A stretch of DNA of 64,000 nt from the human T2T-CHM13v2.0 reference genome, Homo sapiens (GCF_009914755.1 NC_060935.1), one strand, 5' to 3'; numbered from the stretch's first letter, positions 41,749 through 58,788 are shown. The notes: generated from the letters alone by a model not told the origin. Translations and numbers: made by a program.

Positions 41749-42230
41749 GATATATCATGCAAATACAAGTAAAAAGGAAGTTGGTGTAGTTATACTAATA
41801 TCAGATAATATGGAATTTAAGGTAAGAAGCATTACTACAGTTAAAGACAGACATTTCATAATGATAAAATGATCACTAGGGATATAGAAAGTTGTAAATT
41901 TATATGTAACTAATAGCATAGTTTTAAGTTCTATAACAAATATTAAACATAAATCTGCAGTCTTAGTGGAATTTTACATACCTCTCAATAGGTGATAGAA
42001 TTAAGCAGACAAAAAAATCAGTAAAAATATAAATCATCTTACTAAAAAGCAAACTTGACCTAACTGATATTTCTATAATGTTGATATCAACTGTGACAAA
42101 CTACTCATTTTTAAAAAGCCACATGGAACATTTACCATCTTGATCATAACCTGAGTCATAAATTAAGCCTCAGTTAAATTTTAACACATTTAAATCATTT
42201 ACAGTATGTGTTCTCACCATAGTGGAATTA

Positions 42231-42818
<588 letters not shown>

Positions 42819-42969
42819 CTATGCTTCTATCTCAAAAAGCTAGAAAAAGAACAAATCAAAACCACACTACATTGAGATATTTTTCACCCATCACACTGGC
42901 AAAAATTCAGAAGTTTTATAAGACTAAAACCTCTTAGACTGTGGGGAAACACACTGCCATACATTGCTA

Positions 42970-43302
<333 letters not shown>

Positions 43303-44034
43303 AATGGATGACCTTTACAGGGAAGAAACTGACTATATCTAGCAAAATTATACATTCATTTACCCTTTTAGCCAGCAATTCTACTTTTAGTAACTATTCC
43401 CAAAAATGCATTGGCAAAAACATTAAAACAAAAATACTTTTGAATGAGGCTGTTTATTGTAACCTGATTTGTAGCAAATTGGAAACAACCCAAATGCCCA
43501 GCAGTAGCGGAGTGATTAAATGAAAAGTTCCCTGTGGATGTACATTATGTGTGAACATCCACACAGTGGAGGCTTCCACACAGTGGAGGCTTCTGCAGCT
43601 GTCAAAAAGAACAAGGACCATTTCAGTGGAATAAAATCTCCAGGATATCAAGTGGAGGAGAAAAAGTGGAAAAAAATAATATCTTAGGATACTATTTATC
43701 TTTTTTAAAAAATGGCAAGGGAAGAGTGGATATATGTAGAGAAAAAGATATTTTAAAATGAAAGACTAAATCTTAAAAATATTTTTAAATGGTTTTCCAT
43801 AGAGGAAAGAAAATGGGGTGGAGAGGACAAGGAATGAAGCTAGGTTCCTTGAATCTACATTATTTTTTCAATTTGACTTTGAAACCAAGTAAATATTTTG
43901 CACAATTACACAAAATTTTTAATAAAGCAGTTTCTACTTAAAATTAAATGAGCCTATGTATTCAGTTGGTAGTATAACCATACCAAGGGGAATTATCAAG
44001 AGGAATTATTCCAAATGACTTTAAAACACAATTA

Positions 44035-44522
44035 CAGTTGACCCTTGAACAGCATGGAAGTTAGGGGTGCCAACTCCCTACACAGTTTAAAATCCACATA
44101 TAACTTTTGACTCCTCAAAAACTTAACTACTAATAGCCCACTATTGACTGGCAGCCTTATGATAACATAAACAGTTGGTTAATACATATTTTATATATGT
44201 ATTTTATATTGTATTCTTATAATCTATAGAAAAGAAAATGTTAAGAAAATCACAAGGAAGAGAAAATATATTTACTGTTCATTAAGTGGAAGTGGATCAT
44301 CTTGAAGGTCTTCATTCTCACCATCTTCATGTTAAGTAGGCTGAGGAGTAGGAACGGAAGAAGAGGGGTTGGTCTTGCTGTTTCAGGGGTATTAGAGGCA
44401 CAAGAAGTGAAGGAGATGGAAGGGGAGGCAGGAGAGGCAAGCACGCTTGGTCTTTTATTGAAAAAAATCCGTGTGTAAGTGAACCTGCACTGTTCAAACC
44501 TGTGTTGTTCAAGGGTCAACTG
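44035..44522. mobile_element. Tigger2-family (Tigger2a-like) element
   Basis: Perfect TIR cagttgacccttgaaca / tgttcaagggtcaactg with TA target duplication. Confidence 0.85.
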
Positions 44523-44578
44523 TATTTGACTATACATCCCTAATGAGATTTACCCTAAGAACCAAAGGAAACCTTGTA

Positions 44579-45192
<614 letters not shown>

Positions 45193-45820
45193 TACTATTT
45201 TCAATAATGTTGTTAATGATATTGATAGTGTTCTTCTGAGATTCTAAGTGTATGTATTGTGAAATGAATGAGTTCTTTTTTGGTGTTGAGAACTAGAATT
45301 TTTGGTAGAGATGAAAGGAGATACAGATGTGAGAATGATGGTGTTAACACCTGTGGTCCTGAATTGGAAATATTGGTACAAATTCTGATGTGTTTTATCA
45401 GTTTTAAAATACAAAGTTTCTAGCTTTATTTGCTGAAAAAACTAGAGGTAATGACAGATCCAGTACTAATAAGCACCTTTAGTCTCTAGATTGTGGACTT
45501 TAGCTTCCATTTTAGTGGAAAGTGGTACCTAAAGGTCACAATCTAGGTGAACCAGTTTTCCTTGGAGAAATAGCTTCTACCAAGTATTTGAACCAGTATT
45601 CTTTGGAGAAAAAGCTTCTACCAAGTCTGGGAAAGCAAGGAAGCTCGCAATGACAACAGGTTGTATCAAAAGAATTTGGAATGAACTTGAATAAGCTCCC
45701 ATTGGCCAAACATAAGACAGTTTGAGCAACAGGAGGATAATAACTGCAATGAATGAAATGCATCACCTACAATTAAACTACTGAATTTGCAGTGATAATT
45801 GTGCCTTGGAGAATGCATGG

Positions 45821-47136
45821 TGTATTCGTTCGTTTTCTTGCTGCTGATAAAGACATACCTGAAACTGGGAGCAAAAAGAGGTTTAATTGGACTTTCCGTA
45901 CATCTTCTGAAATCTAGGTGGAGGTTCCCAAACTTCAATTCTTGACTTCTGTGCACCCACAGGCTCAACACCACATGGAAGCTTCCAAGGCTTGGGGCTT
46001 CCACCCTCTGAAGCCACAGCCCAAGCTGTATGTTGGCCTCTTTCAGCCATGGCTGGAGCAGCTGGGACAGAAGGCACCAAGTCTCTAGGCTGCACGCAGC
46101 ACGGGGACCCTGGGCCCAGCCCACAAAACCACTTTTTCCTCCTGGGCCTCTGGGCCTGTGATGGGAGGGGCTGCCGTGAAGTTCTCTGATGTGGCCTGGA
46201 GACATCTTCCCCATGGTCTCAGGGATTAACATTAGACTCCTTGCTACTTATGCAGATTTCTGCAGCTGGCTTGAATTTCTCCCCAGAAAATGGGTTTTTC
46301 TTTTCTATCGCATAGTCAGGCTGCAAATTTTCTAAACTTTTATGTTCTGCTTCCCCTATAAAACTGAATGCCTTTAACAGCACCCAAGTCACCTCTTAAA
46401 TGCTTTGCTGCTTAGGAATTTCTTCCACCAGATACCCTAAATCATCTCTCTCAAGTTCAAAGTTCCACAAATCTCCAGGACAGGGGCAAAATGCCACCAG
46501 TCTCTTTGCTAAAACATAACAAGAGTCACCTTTGCTCCAGTTCCCAACAAGTTCCCCATCTGCATCTGAGACCACCTCAGCCTGAATTTTATTGTCCATA
46601 TTGCTATCAGCATTTTTGGCAAAGCTACTCCACAAGTCTCTAGGAAGTTCCAGACTTTCCCACATTTTCCTGTCTTCTTCTGAGCCCTTCAAACTGTTCT
46701 AATCTCTGCCTGTTACTCAGTTCCAAAGTCACTTCCACATTTTCAGGTATCTTTTCAGCAGTGCCCCACTCTGCTAGTACCAATTTACTGTATTAGCTTG
46801 TTTTCATGCTACTGATAAAGACATACCCAAAACCAGGAACAAAAAGGTTTAATTGGTCTTACAGTTCCACATGGCTGGGGAGGCCTCAGAATCATGGCAG
46901 GAGGCAAAAGATACTTCTTACATGGTGGTGGCAAGAGAAAAATGAGGAAGAAGCAAAAGCAGAAACCCCTGATAAACCCATCAGATCTCATGAGACTTAT
47001 TCACTATCACGAGAATAGCATGGGAAAGACCGGCCCCCATGATTCAATTACTTCCTCCTGGGTCCTTCCCACAACACGTGGGAATTCTGGGAAATACAAT
47101 TCGAGATGTGGGTGGGGACACAGCCAAACCATATCA
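45821..47136 (-). mobile_element. THE1C provirus, internally deleted (full LTR 46789-47136, internal 45895-46788, LTR stub 45821-45894)
   Basis: THE1 LTR and internal sequence; 5-nt TSD CATGG at 45816-45820 and 47137-47141. Confidence 0.88.
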
Positions 47137-47989
47137 CATGGGAATAGTTTTTTTTCAATGTAGATATAATTAAAAGTAAAAAGCATGTGTCCTTCCTTTT
47201 CTAAATTAATTTTTTTTGGGGGATAAGCAATTGATGAGGGAAAGTCTCTCTAGGAATATTACGATTAATAAACTGAAAGTGATAATAACATCAGGATATT
47301 ACAGTTTTGTAGCCCTTAATGAATATCAGCAGTGATCATCACTTGCTGCTAACATCTGAGACACCCAGACAGTATGTGTGTATCATTAGAAGTACACACC
47401 TATAAAGTAGTTTTGTCCCACTCTTCCCCCAAAAGTTAAATCTAAACCAGTCACTTCTGTAATTACAATTTGTGAGAAATAACAGGGAACAAAGGAGCAT
47501 GTTAAATGGTACCATGAGGATGCAATATCAGAGTCTAATGCTGGAAACCAACAGGACAGATAACCCTATTTCTTCTACAAAAATAAATTTGTAAAGAAAA
47601 AACTAATGAAGATGGACCCCAGAGATCACAACAGATTTAAGGAGAAAGCAGCCAATTAAAATGTATGGCGCTCATTTAGATTGTGATTCAAACTGTAAAA
47701 GCAAAATGAAACTTCTGTAAGACACTTGGGGTACATAGGAACAACCAACTGAATACTTGATGATATTAAAGAATCATTTTCACTTCTTTAGGCATAATGT
47801 ACATAAGCTTATGTTCTAAACATGAGTTTTTATCTTTTAGAGGCACACACTAAAGAATTTACCCATGAAATTGTATGAAATCTGGAATTTGCTTCACATT
47901 AACATGGATGAGGGTATAGATGAAACAACATGGCCATGAGTTGATAAGTGTTGAAGCTGAATGATGAGCACATGAGGGTTCATTATATT

Positions 47990-48321
47990 GTTTTATTTAT
48001 TTATTTATGTAATTTAAAGTGACAGGGTCTCCATCTGTCACCCAGGCGAGAGTGCAGTGACACAGTCTTAGCTCGCTGCAGCCTCAAACTCCTGTGCTCA
48101 AGTGATTCTCCTGCCTCATCCTCCCTGCCCCATCCCGCAACCCCCAAAGTAGTTAGGACGACAGGCACGGACCATGCCAAGCTAATTTTTAAATTTTTTT
48201 CATAAAAATGTAGTCTCGCTATGTTGCCCAGACTGGTCTCAAACTCCTGGCCTCAAGCAATCCTCCCACCTTGGCTTCCCAAATTACTGAGATAACAAGG
48301 TGTGAGCCACCGCACCCAGCC
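47990..48321 (-). mobile_element. Alu (AluJ-like)
   Basis: Degenerate dimer with (TTTTA)n tail. Confidence 0.88.
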
Positions 48322-48351
48322 AGGAGTGCAGCTTTTAAAAGAGTAGTTCCA

Positions 48352-48682
<331 letters not shown>

Positions 48683-49021
48683 TCATTATAAAACATTTAA
48701 ATGATGTGATTACAAAGATGAGAAACAAATAGCATCAGAAATGAGTAGGTAAATTTAAAAAGCAAATTAGCCATCTTAAACTAAAATAAATTGTGTAAGT
48801 CAGATATTCAGTTGATGGGTTACATGAATTAGACATAATTAAATAGTGAATTGCAAGCTTTGTAAAAAATTTACCTGAAATATTATAGAGACAAGGAGAC
48901 AAATGAATCAACAGACTTAGGAAGTACCATGTATTCCAAGCTGGAAAAGTAAAAAGAAATCCATACCTACATACATTATAGTAGAACTACAAAATAGCAA
49001 AGGCAAAGGTATCTTAAAGCA

Positions 49022-49555
49022 TCCATTTCAGTCAGGGTACTGTCAGGAAAACAGAAATAACACTAGGTATTTCAGAAAAGCAAATTTGATTTAGAGAATT
49101 GATGACGTTGTAGAGGGCTGAAAGAGAAAAAGGAAACAAGGAAGTAAACTAAAGATAACTGTAGGGAACAGCTCCCACCTCTAGGTGTGGAAAAGGGCAG
49201 CAAGTGATTAGGGTTTTCAGAATTTAGAAGTTTACAGGAGAAACTGAGGAGCTGGAGCTCTTGCTTCCACAGAGAGGGACAGCCTTGTGGCAGAAGGGTG
49301 CAGTGAGCCTGGGTCTGGGAGTGCTTAAAGAACCTGGAGACTAGAGTGCTGTTGCTGGAATAACACTGACAGGAGCAGCATGCAAATAGGAAGAAAGAAG
49401 TCCCTTCTCCCTCTTGCCTTCCAATCTTCTAGTGCACATGTTTGCTGAACCTAACAAGAAGCCTGTTAACAAAGGAGAAATGTGGTTTGCAGAGTGCCAG
49501 CAGTTATCGCAAAGCAGATTTGGACCTGAAAGACAATAGCTCAATAAGTATCACA
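49022..49555 (-). mobile_element. Old MaLR (MLT1) solo LTR
   Basis: agtcagggtactgtcaggaaaacagaaataacactaggtatttca... resembles old MLT1 termini. Confidence 0.5.
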
Positions 49556-50699
49556 GTAGCAATGTATTCATTCACTCATTCATTTATTCATTCATTCAGC
49601 AAATGGTTAGTAGAAGCTTACTATATGCCATTTACTTTTTAAATGGTTGGGATAAATCAGTGAAAAACAACTCAAAAGATCTCTGCCCTCATGGAGACAG
49701 AAAGAAAGGACAGATCACCTACAAGGAATGATGGCTAAAATGACAACCTATTTAATAGCCACTATTAAGGCCAGATGAATTGTGAAAGGATACCAGACCC
49801 CCTAGAATTGTGTGACCTACAATGAAGAAAGAATAAAGATATTTAAAGATAAGCAAAGAGCTAGAAAAATTTACTACCAAGAGTGCCGTTCTAAAGAAAA
49901 TTTTTTATATGATGGCTGCAGAAGAATTATCTGAGACCCAAGAAGATTTGCTAAGCAAATAAAATGACAAAATGCTAAGCAAATAAGATACAAACCCAAA
50001 CATTGTGGAAAATAATAATTTGTGGGATTTTAAAAGAAATGACTGAAATACTGTACAAAGTAGAACGTATATTTAAGAGTGGGATGATCAGATCTTAGGT
50101 TTTCAAAAGCCCTTTTATTATGCAGGAGAAGAGAGTTATAATACATTGTTTAGACTTTGTTAAATTTTTACAGTAAAATTTAAGGGTATCATTAAAAGAA
50201 TACACAAATCTAAAACCTGTGAGGATAAAATAATGAAGTAAGAAGAGGATGAGCCAAAAAAAATCAATACAAGAAAATGCAAAAAAAAAAAAAAGCATTC
50301 AAGAATCTGGACAAATATAAAATGATCTATAATACAGCAGTGACAATAATGTGAAATCAGAAAACTTTTAAAGGAACTGCATATTTTTATGACTACATCT
50401 AAAACAAAAAAGTTGGAAAAGAAATACCAGGTACAAACTAATAAAAAGGAGGTAGGCATAGTTATATTAATTACCTGAAAAACATATATTTCAAAACAAT
50501 AATTATTAGGAGTAGAGAGAATGACTACATAATGATAAAATGTTTCATTCACCAGAAAGATATACCAGTTCTAAACTTACACATATTCAGTAAAATACCC
50601 TCAAAATATGTAAAGCAAACAAAAGAAAGATAGATGTACAGTTAGAAATTGCAAATCTGTCAACATAAACACTCTTCTCCATTATGCATAAGTCAGTCA

Positions 50700-52250
50700 G
50701 TTTGTACCTGTGTTTATGTTCATGAGGGATATTGGTCTGTGGTTTTTTTTATTATGTTTTTGTGAAGTTTTGGTATCAGGATAATAATGACCTTGTTTAA
50801 TGAGTTGGAGGTGTTTCCTTCACTTTAGTTTTCTGAAAAAGTCTGTAGAGAATTCCTTAATATTTGATAGAATTTGCCAGTGAAGCCATCTGGTCCTAGA
50901 GTTCTCTTTGTGGGAGGTTTTTAATTATAGCTCTAATATCTTTAATAGATCTAGGGCTATTCAAATTATCTCTTTCTTCTCTGGTGATCTTTGGTAATTG
51001 TGTCTTTCAAGGGATTTGTTTATTTCATCTAAATTGTTTATTGGCAGAAAGTTCTTCATATTATTTTCTTATCATCCTTTTACTATCTGTAGGATCTGTA
51101 GTAATGGACCCTCTCTTAATCCTGATATTGGTACTTTGTATCTTATCTCTTTTTTTCTGATCAGACTCGCTAGAAGTTTATGAATTTTATTGATTTTTTT
51201 TGTTGTTGGGGAATAGGGGGACAGAGTCTCGCTCTGTCGCCCAGGCTGGAGTGCAGTGGTGCGATCTCAGCTCAGTGCAGCCTCTGCCTCCTGGGTTCAA
51301 GTGATTCTCGTGCCTCAGCCTTCTGAGTAGCTGGGGTTACAGGCTTGCACCACCATGCCTGGCTAATTTTTGTATTTTTAGTAGAGATGAGGTTTCACCA
51401 TGTTGCCCAGGTCAGTCTCAAACTCCTGAGCTCCAGTGATCCACCCACCTCGGCCTCCCAAAGTGCTGGGATTACAGCCACCATGCTTGGCCATTTTATT
51501 GATCTTAAATAATCAGTTTGAGGATCCACTGACTTTCCACCATCTTTTTGTTTTCTCTTTCATTTATGTCTGCTCTTATCTTTGTAATTTCCTTGTCTTC
51601 CGCTTGCTTAGGATTTAATTTGCTTTTCATTTTTTAGGTTTTTAATAGTTTTTTTTTTTAGGCTTTTAATATAAGCTTGTATTATTGACTTGATCCCTGT
51701 CTTCTTTTCTAATGTAGATGTTCAATGCTAAAAGTTTCCTGTAAATTTATGACAAATTTAACTTGTCATATTTTCATTTTCATTCAATTCAAAGTACTTT
51801 ATAATTTTCCTTCTAATTTTTTTGACCCATGAGTTATTTAGGAGTATGATATTTAGTTTCCAACTATTTGGGTGTTTTCTAGATATCTTTCTTTAATTGA
51901 TAGCTAGTTTAACTCCATTGTAGTAAATGAACATACTTTGTATGATTTGAATTCTTTTCAGCTTATTCAAGCTTGTTTTATGGGCCAGAATGTGGCCTAT
52001 CTTGGTTAATGCTTCATGTGCACTAGAAAGGAATATTGTCTTCTGCTTTTGTTAGGTAGAGCATTTTAGAAATATCAGTTAGGTTAAGCTCCTGATAGTA
52101 TTGTTTATATTTTCTTTACTGATTTTTCTGGTCTTCTATAAGTTATTGAGAGGCTAATTCAACTATATTAATAATTATGAATTTGCTTATATCTTATTTT
52201 AGTCCTGTAAGTTTTCGATTTGTGTATTTCTAAGTTCTGTTACTAGATGT
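50700..52250 (-). mobile_element. Antisense L1M ORF2 fragment containing an Alu (51195-51493, minus)
   Basis: T-rich segment with ttcatgagggatattggtctg and gccagtgaagccatctggtcct; Alu TSD attttattgat. Confidence 0.8.
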
Positions 52251-53248
52251 AGAAATCAATGAAATAGAAAACAAAGATATAATAGAGAAGATGAACAATC
52301 CAAAAGTTGTTTCTTTGAAACAAGTAGTAAAATAAACTTTTGGCAAAATTAAGATAAAAAGAAAGTACAAATTCTCAATATCAAGAAAAAGGGCAAAACA
52401 AAACTATGGTTATATCAAATTAAGGGATAAGAAAAGCATATAATTGCAACTTTATGCCAATAAATTTGAAAACAGGTAGACAATTTCTTAGAAAAATGTA
52501 ATGTATTAAACTGATTCAAGAACAAAAAGAAAACCTGAAGAATCTCATAATTCTCAAATAAATTAAGTAGTAAGTTTTTAAAAAATCTTCTCACAAAGAT
52601 TACAACAAGGTCTGTTGATTTTGCAAGTGTGAATTCTACAAACTTTTGAGAAATACCTCATCCTAATATAAACAGACTTCCAGACATTAGAATAAGGAAT
52701 GACATACCAGTTAATTCCTTGAGACGGGTATAAACTTTAAAACAAAACCAGACATTATGAGAAAGAAAAATAATATATATTTATATATGTTGTCATATAT
52801 AATTTTTAAGTTAGCACTAATCTCACTCATGAACTTAGGTATCAAAATCAAAATCATAAGCAAAATGTTAACAGACTGAATCCAGCAGCACATTTCTTTA
52901 AAAAGAGATATACCTTGACCAAATTGGGTTTATCCCAGAAATACTGAAAATGGTCTAACTCTAGGAAAACGCAAAATTTGAGTCACCAAATTAAAGGAAA
53001 AAAACTATGAAATCATTTCAGTAGATTGCATTTGATACAATTCATACCCATTTATAATGTAAAACTTAGTAAATTCCTTAATGTGGTGAAAATAATCAAC
53101 AAAACATCTACTTCAAAGATGATTCTTACTGAGGAAATATGAAAAATAATTACTTGAAATCAAGAAAAAGAATGCAGACTATCACCACTTCTTTTCAACC
53201 TTGTACTGAAACTCCTAGCAAGTATAGTAAATCAATAAAAAGAAATTA

Positions 53249-53545
<297 letters not shown>

Positions 53546-54162
53546 TAAATTAATGGCATAAGTGTAAAGAAGAAAAAACAAAATGTCATTCAGAGGTGAT
53601 ATGATTATCTGTATAGTAAACCCCAAAGACTCCACAGTTTTTTAGAAATAATATTTTTCTCAAAGTGGCTTCCCGTAAACTCAATAAATAAAAAGTTGCA
53701 TTTCTGTACAGCAGCACAAAATTTAAAAGTGTAATTTTTAAAAATATACATCGTTATAAAAATATAAAGTTCTCAATAAATCTTACAAAAGTTATCAAGA
53801 CCTCCGTGCAGCAAGAGATAAAACTTCTATTAAAAACCATTTTAAACAATCTAAATAAATAGATATATAATGTTCATGGATAAGAAGACACATGTTATAA
53901 ACATGTCAGTTTTCCTCAATTTGATTTATAGAGTCAATGCTATTATAATCAAAGTACCAGCAGGGTTTTTTTATGGCACTTGAAAAGCAGGTCTTTATAT
54001 GGAAAGGTAAATCATGAAGAATAGACCTGACACTCTTGAAAAGAAAAATAAAGTGAGAGTTGCCTTACTTTTTTGATAAAACAAGACATTATGCTGTTTG
54101 CTCAAGCATAAATAAAAATGGCTAGGAAGACTAAATAGGAAGGCCAGAAATAGACTCGAATA

Positions 54163-54606
54163 CAGGGGTCCAACTCCCAGGCCACGGATGGGTACTGGTC
54201 TGTGGCCTGTTAGGAATTGGGCTACACAGCAGAAGGTGAGTGGCAGGTGAACTTCATCTCTATTTACAGCCACTCCCCATCGCTCGCATTACTGCCTGAG
54301 CTGTACATGCGAGGGATCTAGGTTGCACGGAAGTTCCTTATGAGAATCTAATGCCTGATGATCTGTCACTGTCTCCCATCACTCCCAGATGGGACCATCT
54401 AGTTGCAGGAAAACAAGCTCAGGGCTCCCACTGATTCTACATTATGGTGAGTTGTATAATTATTTCACAGTGTAATAATAATAGAAATAAAGTGCACGAT
54501 AAATGTAATGCACTCGAATCATCCCAAAACCACCCCCTACCCCATCCATGGTAAATTTGTCTTCCATGAAACTGGTCCCTGGTGCCAAAAAGGTTGGGGA
54601 CCTCTG
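54163..54606. mobile_element. MER1A (hAT-Charlie)
   Basis: caggggtcc...ggcctgttaggaa...tatgagaatctaatgcctgatgatctg...gccaaaaaggttggggacc. Confidence 0.85.
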
Positions 54607-55539
54607 CTCTAACATACAGAACTGTGATATATTAAAAAAGTAATATTGAAAATTGGTGGGAAGAGAAGGGACTATTCAGGAACTGTACTGGGGCAATTGC
54701 TTACTTAATTTCAATCTTCATATCTTACACAAAAATTCAATTCCACATGAATTAAGGGCTCAAGTATCAAAAACAAAATGTTAAAACTTAGAGTAAAATG
54801 TAGGAGATGACCTTTCTGGCTATGGAGTAAGGAAAGTTTTCTTCTTAAAGGAGACACAAAATAACTATAAAAGAAAATGTTAATGAATTAAAGTATATTA
54901 AAGTTTAATTGTTTTAATTAAAGAAAGGCAGGCCAGGGAGAAAACATGTGCAACACATTTAATCTACAAAAGATTAATATACAAAACATATAAATTGATG
55001 AAAAGTAATAAAATAGAAAAATGCATTAAAGATATTAACAGGCATTTCACAGAAGTGATATGTGTGATGAATAAATATGAGAAACAATTCTCAATCTCAC
55101 TAGTGATCAGGAAATGCAAAGTAATACCACAGGAAGATGCCATTTTCCCCTCACCAACAGTACCTAGGGTTAGGAAGGACATGGATCAAGAGGTCCTTTT
55201 AAACAATGTGAATGGGGTTGTATGTTGGCATGGCACCTTTGGGAAACAATTTGGCAATCTCTTGGTTTTTTGTTTTTTTTTTTTTTTTTTTGAACATATG
55301 CATATCCCGTGGCCCAGAAATTCTACTCCTTGGTATCTACTCTAGACTATAACAGGAGACAACCAGGAAGCAATCTAAATGCCCATCTACAGAAAATGGA
55401 TAAATACCATGTAGTATATTCAACTTAATGAGCATTTAATTGTGCAGCAAGGAAACTGAATAAACACAACATGAATGAATCTTAGAAATATAATGTTGAA
55501 TAAAAAGCCCCAAGTTTGTCAAGTCTGCATACAATACGC

Positions 55540-55855
55540 CATAGTCCCCCCCTTATTTGCAGCTTCATTTTCCACGGTTTCAGTTATCCACAGTCTATTA
55601 TGGTCCAAAAATATTAAATGGAAAATTCCAAAAATAAATATAAGTTTTTAAGTTGTCCACCATTCTGAGTAGCATGATGAAACCACCTGCTGTTGGGCTC
55701 AGTCCACACGGGATGTGAATCATCGTGTAGAAGCTCCCTGCCTGTCATTATCAGATTGAAAAAAAATAGTAGATGTAAAACTGGATGCTATCCATGGTTT
55801 CAGGCATCCACCGCGGGTCTTGGAATGTATCCCTATCAGGTAGGAGGGACTACTA
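55540..55855. mobile_element. MER44A
   Basis: tagtccccccttat...aaaatattaaatggaaaattcc...ggagggactact. Confidence 0.8.
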
Positions 55856-56145
55856 TACCATTTTCATAAAGTACAGGAAGAAGTAAACTAATGTATATTG
55901 TTGAGTCAAGTATACATGTATGTCAGAGATAGAACTATGTTTAAAAGGTGAAATGGAATAATAAAGATAACATTTAGAATAGTGTGTGAGGATAGAATGG
56001 TGTAAGAACACGTAAGTAAATACAAGTTCCATTTTTCAGTAAGGTGGTCATTTCTGGAATATTCATTGTATGTTTTACAGCATGAATATGTTTTACATAG
56101 TTATATACCTAATATTTAACTATGTTATATAATTATATATTTACT

Positions 56146-56450
<305 letters not shown>

Positions 56451-56519
56451 TTATATATTATATGTGTATTTAATTATTTATGTTCTTTTGTGTGTCAGAT
56501 ATTAGCATTAAAGAAATAC

Positions 56520-56833
56520 CTTTTTTGTTTGTTTGTTTATTTGTTTGTTTTGAGACAGAATCTCACTCTGTCACCCAGGCTGGAGTGTAGTGGCGCAATC
56601 TTGGTTCTCTGCAACCTCCTCCTCCCGGGTTCAAGTGATTCTCCTGCCTCAGCTTCCTGAGTAGCTGGGATTACACACACCTGCCACCACACCAGGCTAA
56701 TTTTTGTATTTTTAGTATAGACGGGTTTTCAGTGTGTTGGCCAGGCTGGTTTCGAACTCCTGACCTCACGTGATCTGCCTTCTTTGGCCTCCCAAAGTGG
56801 TGAGATTACAGGTGTGGGCCACCACACCTGGCC
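56520..56833 (-). mobile_element. Alu (AluS)
   Basis: Dimer with (TTTG)n tail. Confidence 0.9.
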
Positions 56834-57068
56834 TAAGATCATTTTATTTAAAATCCTTTTGGAATACCAGTCAAAAAGAACAAATCATTTAACAAGGAGA
56901 AACAAGTTGGGCTAGCTTCAGATTTCTCTGCAGCAGCATTCCACAGCAAGAGGCAATAGAGAAATGCTGACACATTATTTGAGGAAAGAATAAGCTGTGG
57001 TTTTAACTCCAACCAAGCTGTCTTTTAGCTCTGAAAGCACCAGACAGAAGTTTTTCAACATATATGAG

Positions 57069-57463
57069 TGTATTAGTTTGCTAGGGCCACTAGAACAAAA
57101 TGCCACAGACAGGGTGGCTTAAACAGCAGAAATTTATTTTATCACTGGTCTGGGGGCTGGAAGCCTGAGATCAAAGTGCTGGCAGGGTTGGTCTCCCCTG
57201 AGACCTCTCTCTTCGGCTTGCAGTTGGCCTCTTGCTGCCTCTTCACATGGTTGTCCCTCTGTGCACACAGGACCCTGGTGTGTCTGTCCTTCTTCTAGCT
57301 CCTTCATATAAATCCAGTCATTTAGAGTTAGGGCCCCACTCTAATAGCCTTATTTTAACTTAATCATTGCTTTAAAGACCTCCACATACAGTTACATTCT
57401 GAGGTACAGGGGATTGGGACTTAAAAATATGAATTTTGGGGGAACATAGTTCAACCCATAGCA
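57069..57463 (-). mobile_element. MLT1A-type solo LTR
   Basis: tgtattagtttgctagggc...ggtggcttaaacagcagaaatttattt...ttcaacccatagca. Confidence 0.8.
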
Positions 57464-58087
57464 GTGATCTCAAAGAATATTGTTCCCATGAGCCGTTCTT
57501 GAGGAAACTATTAGAAGATGAGCTTTAGCCAACCAGGAGATGATTGGGAAAACCACACAAAAGTAATGTCAGTGACCACTGATTATATTCAGCTGTAAAA
57601 CCAATACTAAAAGGTGAGGCATAGAGTGATAGGTCAGAATGTAAATACTATACGCCCTGAAAATGTAGAATTATAAAATTAACAAAAATGTTATTGAAAA
57701 CACAAATCAGACAAGCAGTTAAGTTTTCTGAGTGCCTCTTCTGTAATGGCTGGGAGTCAGAGATCATCAACCAAAAGTTGCAAATGAAATAGATTTTAAA
57801 AATCCAAAGTTAGACCTAAATTCAAAATTCAACCTAAATTAAATACTGTATTTATATATAGTATAATATATATATTACTTTATATATAGTAAAGGTAGTA
57901 TCTCAGTGGGGAGAGAGGTGAATTATTAATTAAATTTTGAGACAAATTAGTAGCTATCTGGAGAAAAATTAAGTTGGAGCCATATCTTTTACTTTACAGC
58001 AGATTAAATTTCAAATGGATCAAATATTTAAATGTAAAAAATGAAATTATAAAAATTCTGTAGGGGAAATGGTGAAATATTTATTTC

Positions 58088-58366
58088 TTTTGCTTTTTAA
58101 GAGACAGGGTCTCACTCTGTCTCCTGCAGGCTGAAGTGCACTAAGTGGTGTGATCATAGCTCACTGCAACCTCAAACTCCTGGGCTCAAGCGATCCTCCT
58201 GCCTCAGCCTCCTAAGTAGTTGAGACTACAGGTGCACACCATCATGCCCAGCTGTATTTTTTATTTTTTGTAGAGACAGGATCTTGCTGTGTTGCCCAGG
58301 CTGATCTCCTCTTGCCTTGGCCTCCCAATGCACTAAAATTACAGCCGTGAGCCACCAAGCCTGGCC
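58088..58366 (-). mobile_element. Alu (AluJ-like)
   Basis: Degenerate dimer. Confidence 0.85.
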
Positions 58367-58788
58367 CAGTAAAATTTCTTTATATCCTTGGAATGAGGTA
58401 GGGCTTCCTAACTACAACTGAAAATCCAGAAGTCATTGAAGATCACTAAAAAACCAAATTCTGTAGCAATCAAAATCTACATCACACAAAGTACCATAAG
58501 TCCAAAGACAGACTTCAAACTCGGGAAGCTTATCTGTAAATCATAGGCAAGGATGATCTCCCTAAAATATAAAGAACTTTTTACCAACAGACAAGACAAA
58601 AACCTCACAGAACAATTAACAAAATATGAATGCAAATAGTTTACAGAAAAGACGTTCAAAAGGCTAACAAATATGGAAGAATGGTCAACTCTACTCATAA
58701 GAAAGGAAATGCAGATTAAAACCACATTTCTCACCCATCAGATTGTCAGGGGCCTAAGAGTTTAGTAACAAACTCTGTGATGGGGCTA

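Noticed and set aside
45666-46692. 188-aa and 98-aa minus-strand ORFs
   Set aside because: THE1 internal sequence, fragmented and deleted; not a host gene.
50700-52250. Possible twin-priming inversion of a single L1
   Set aside because: The minus segment appears to overlap ORF2 regions also present in the flanking plus segments, which fits a separate antisense insertion better.
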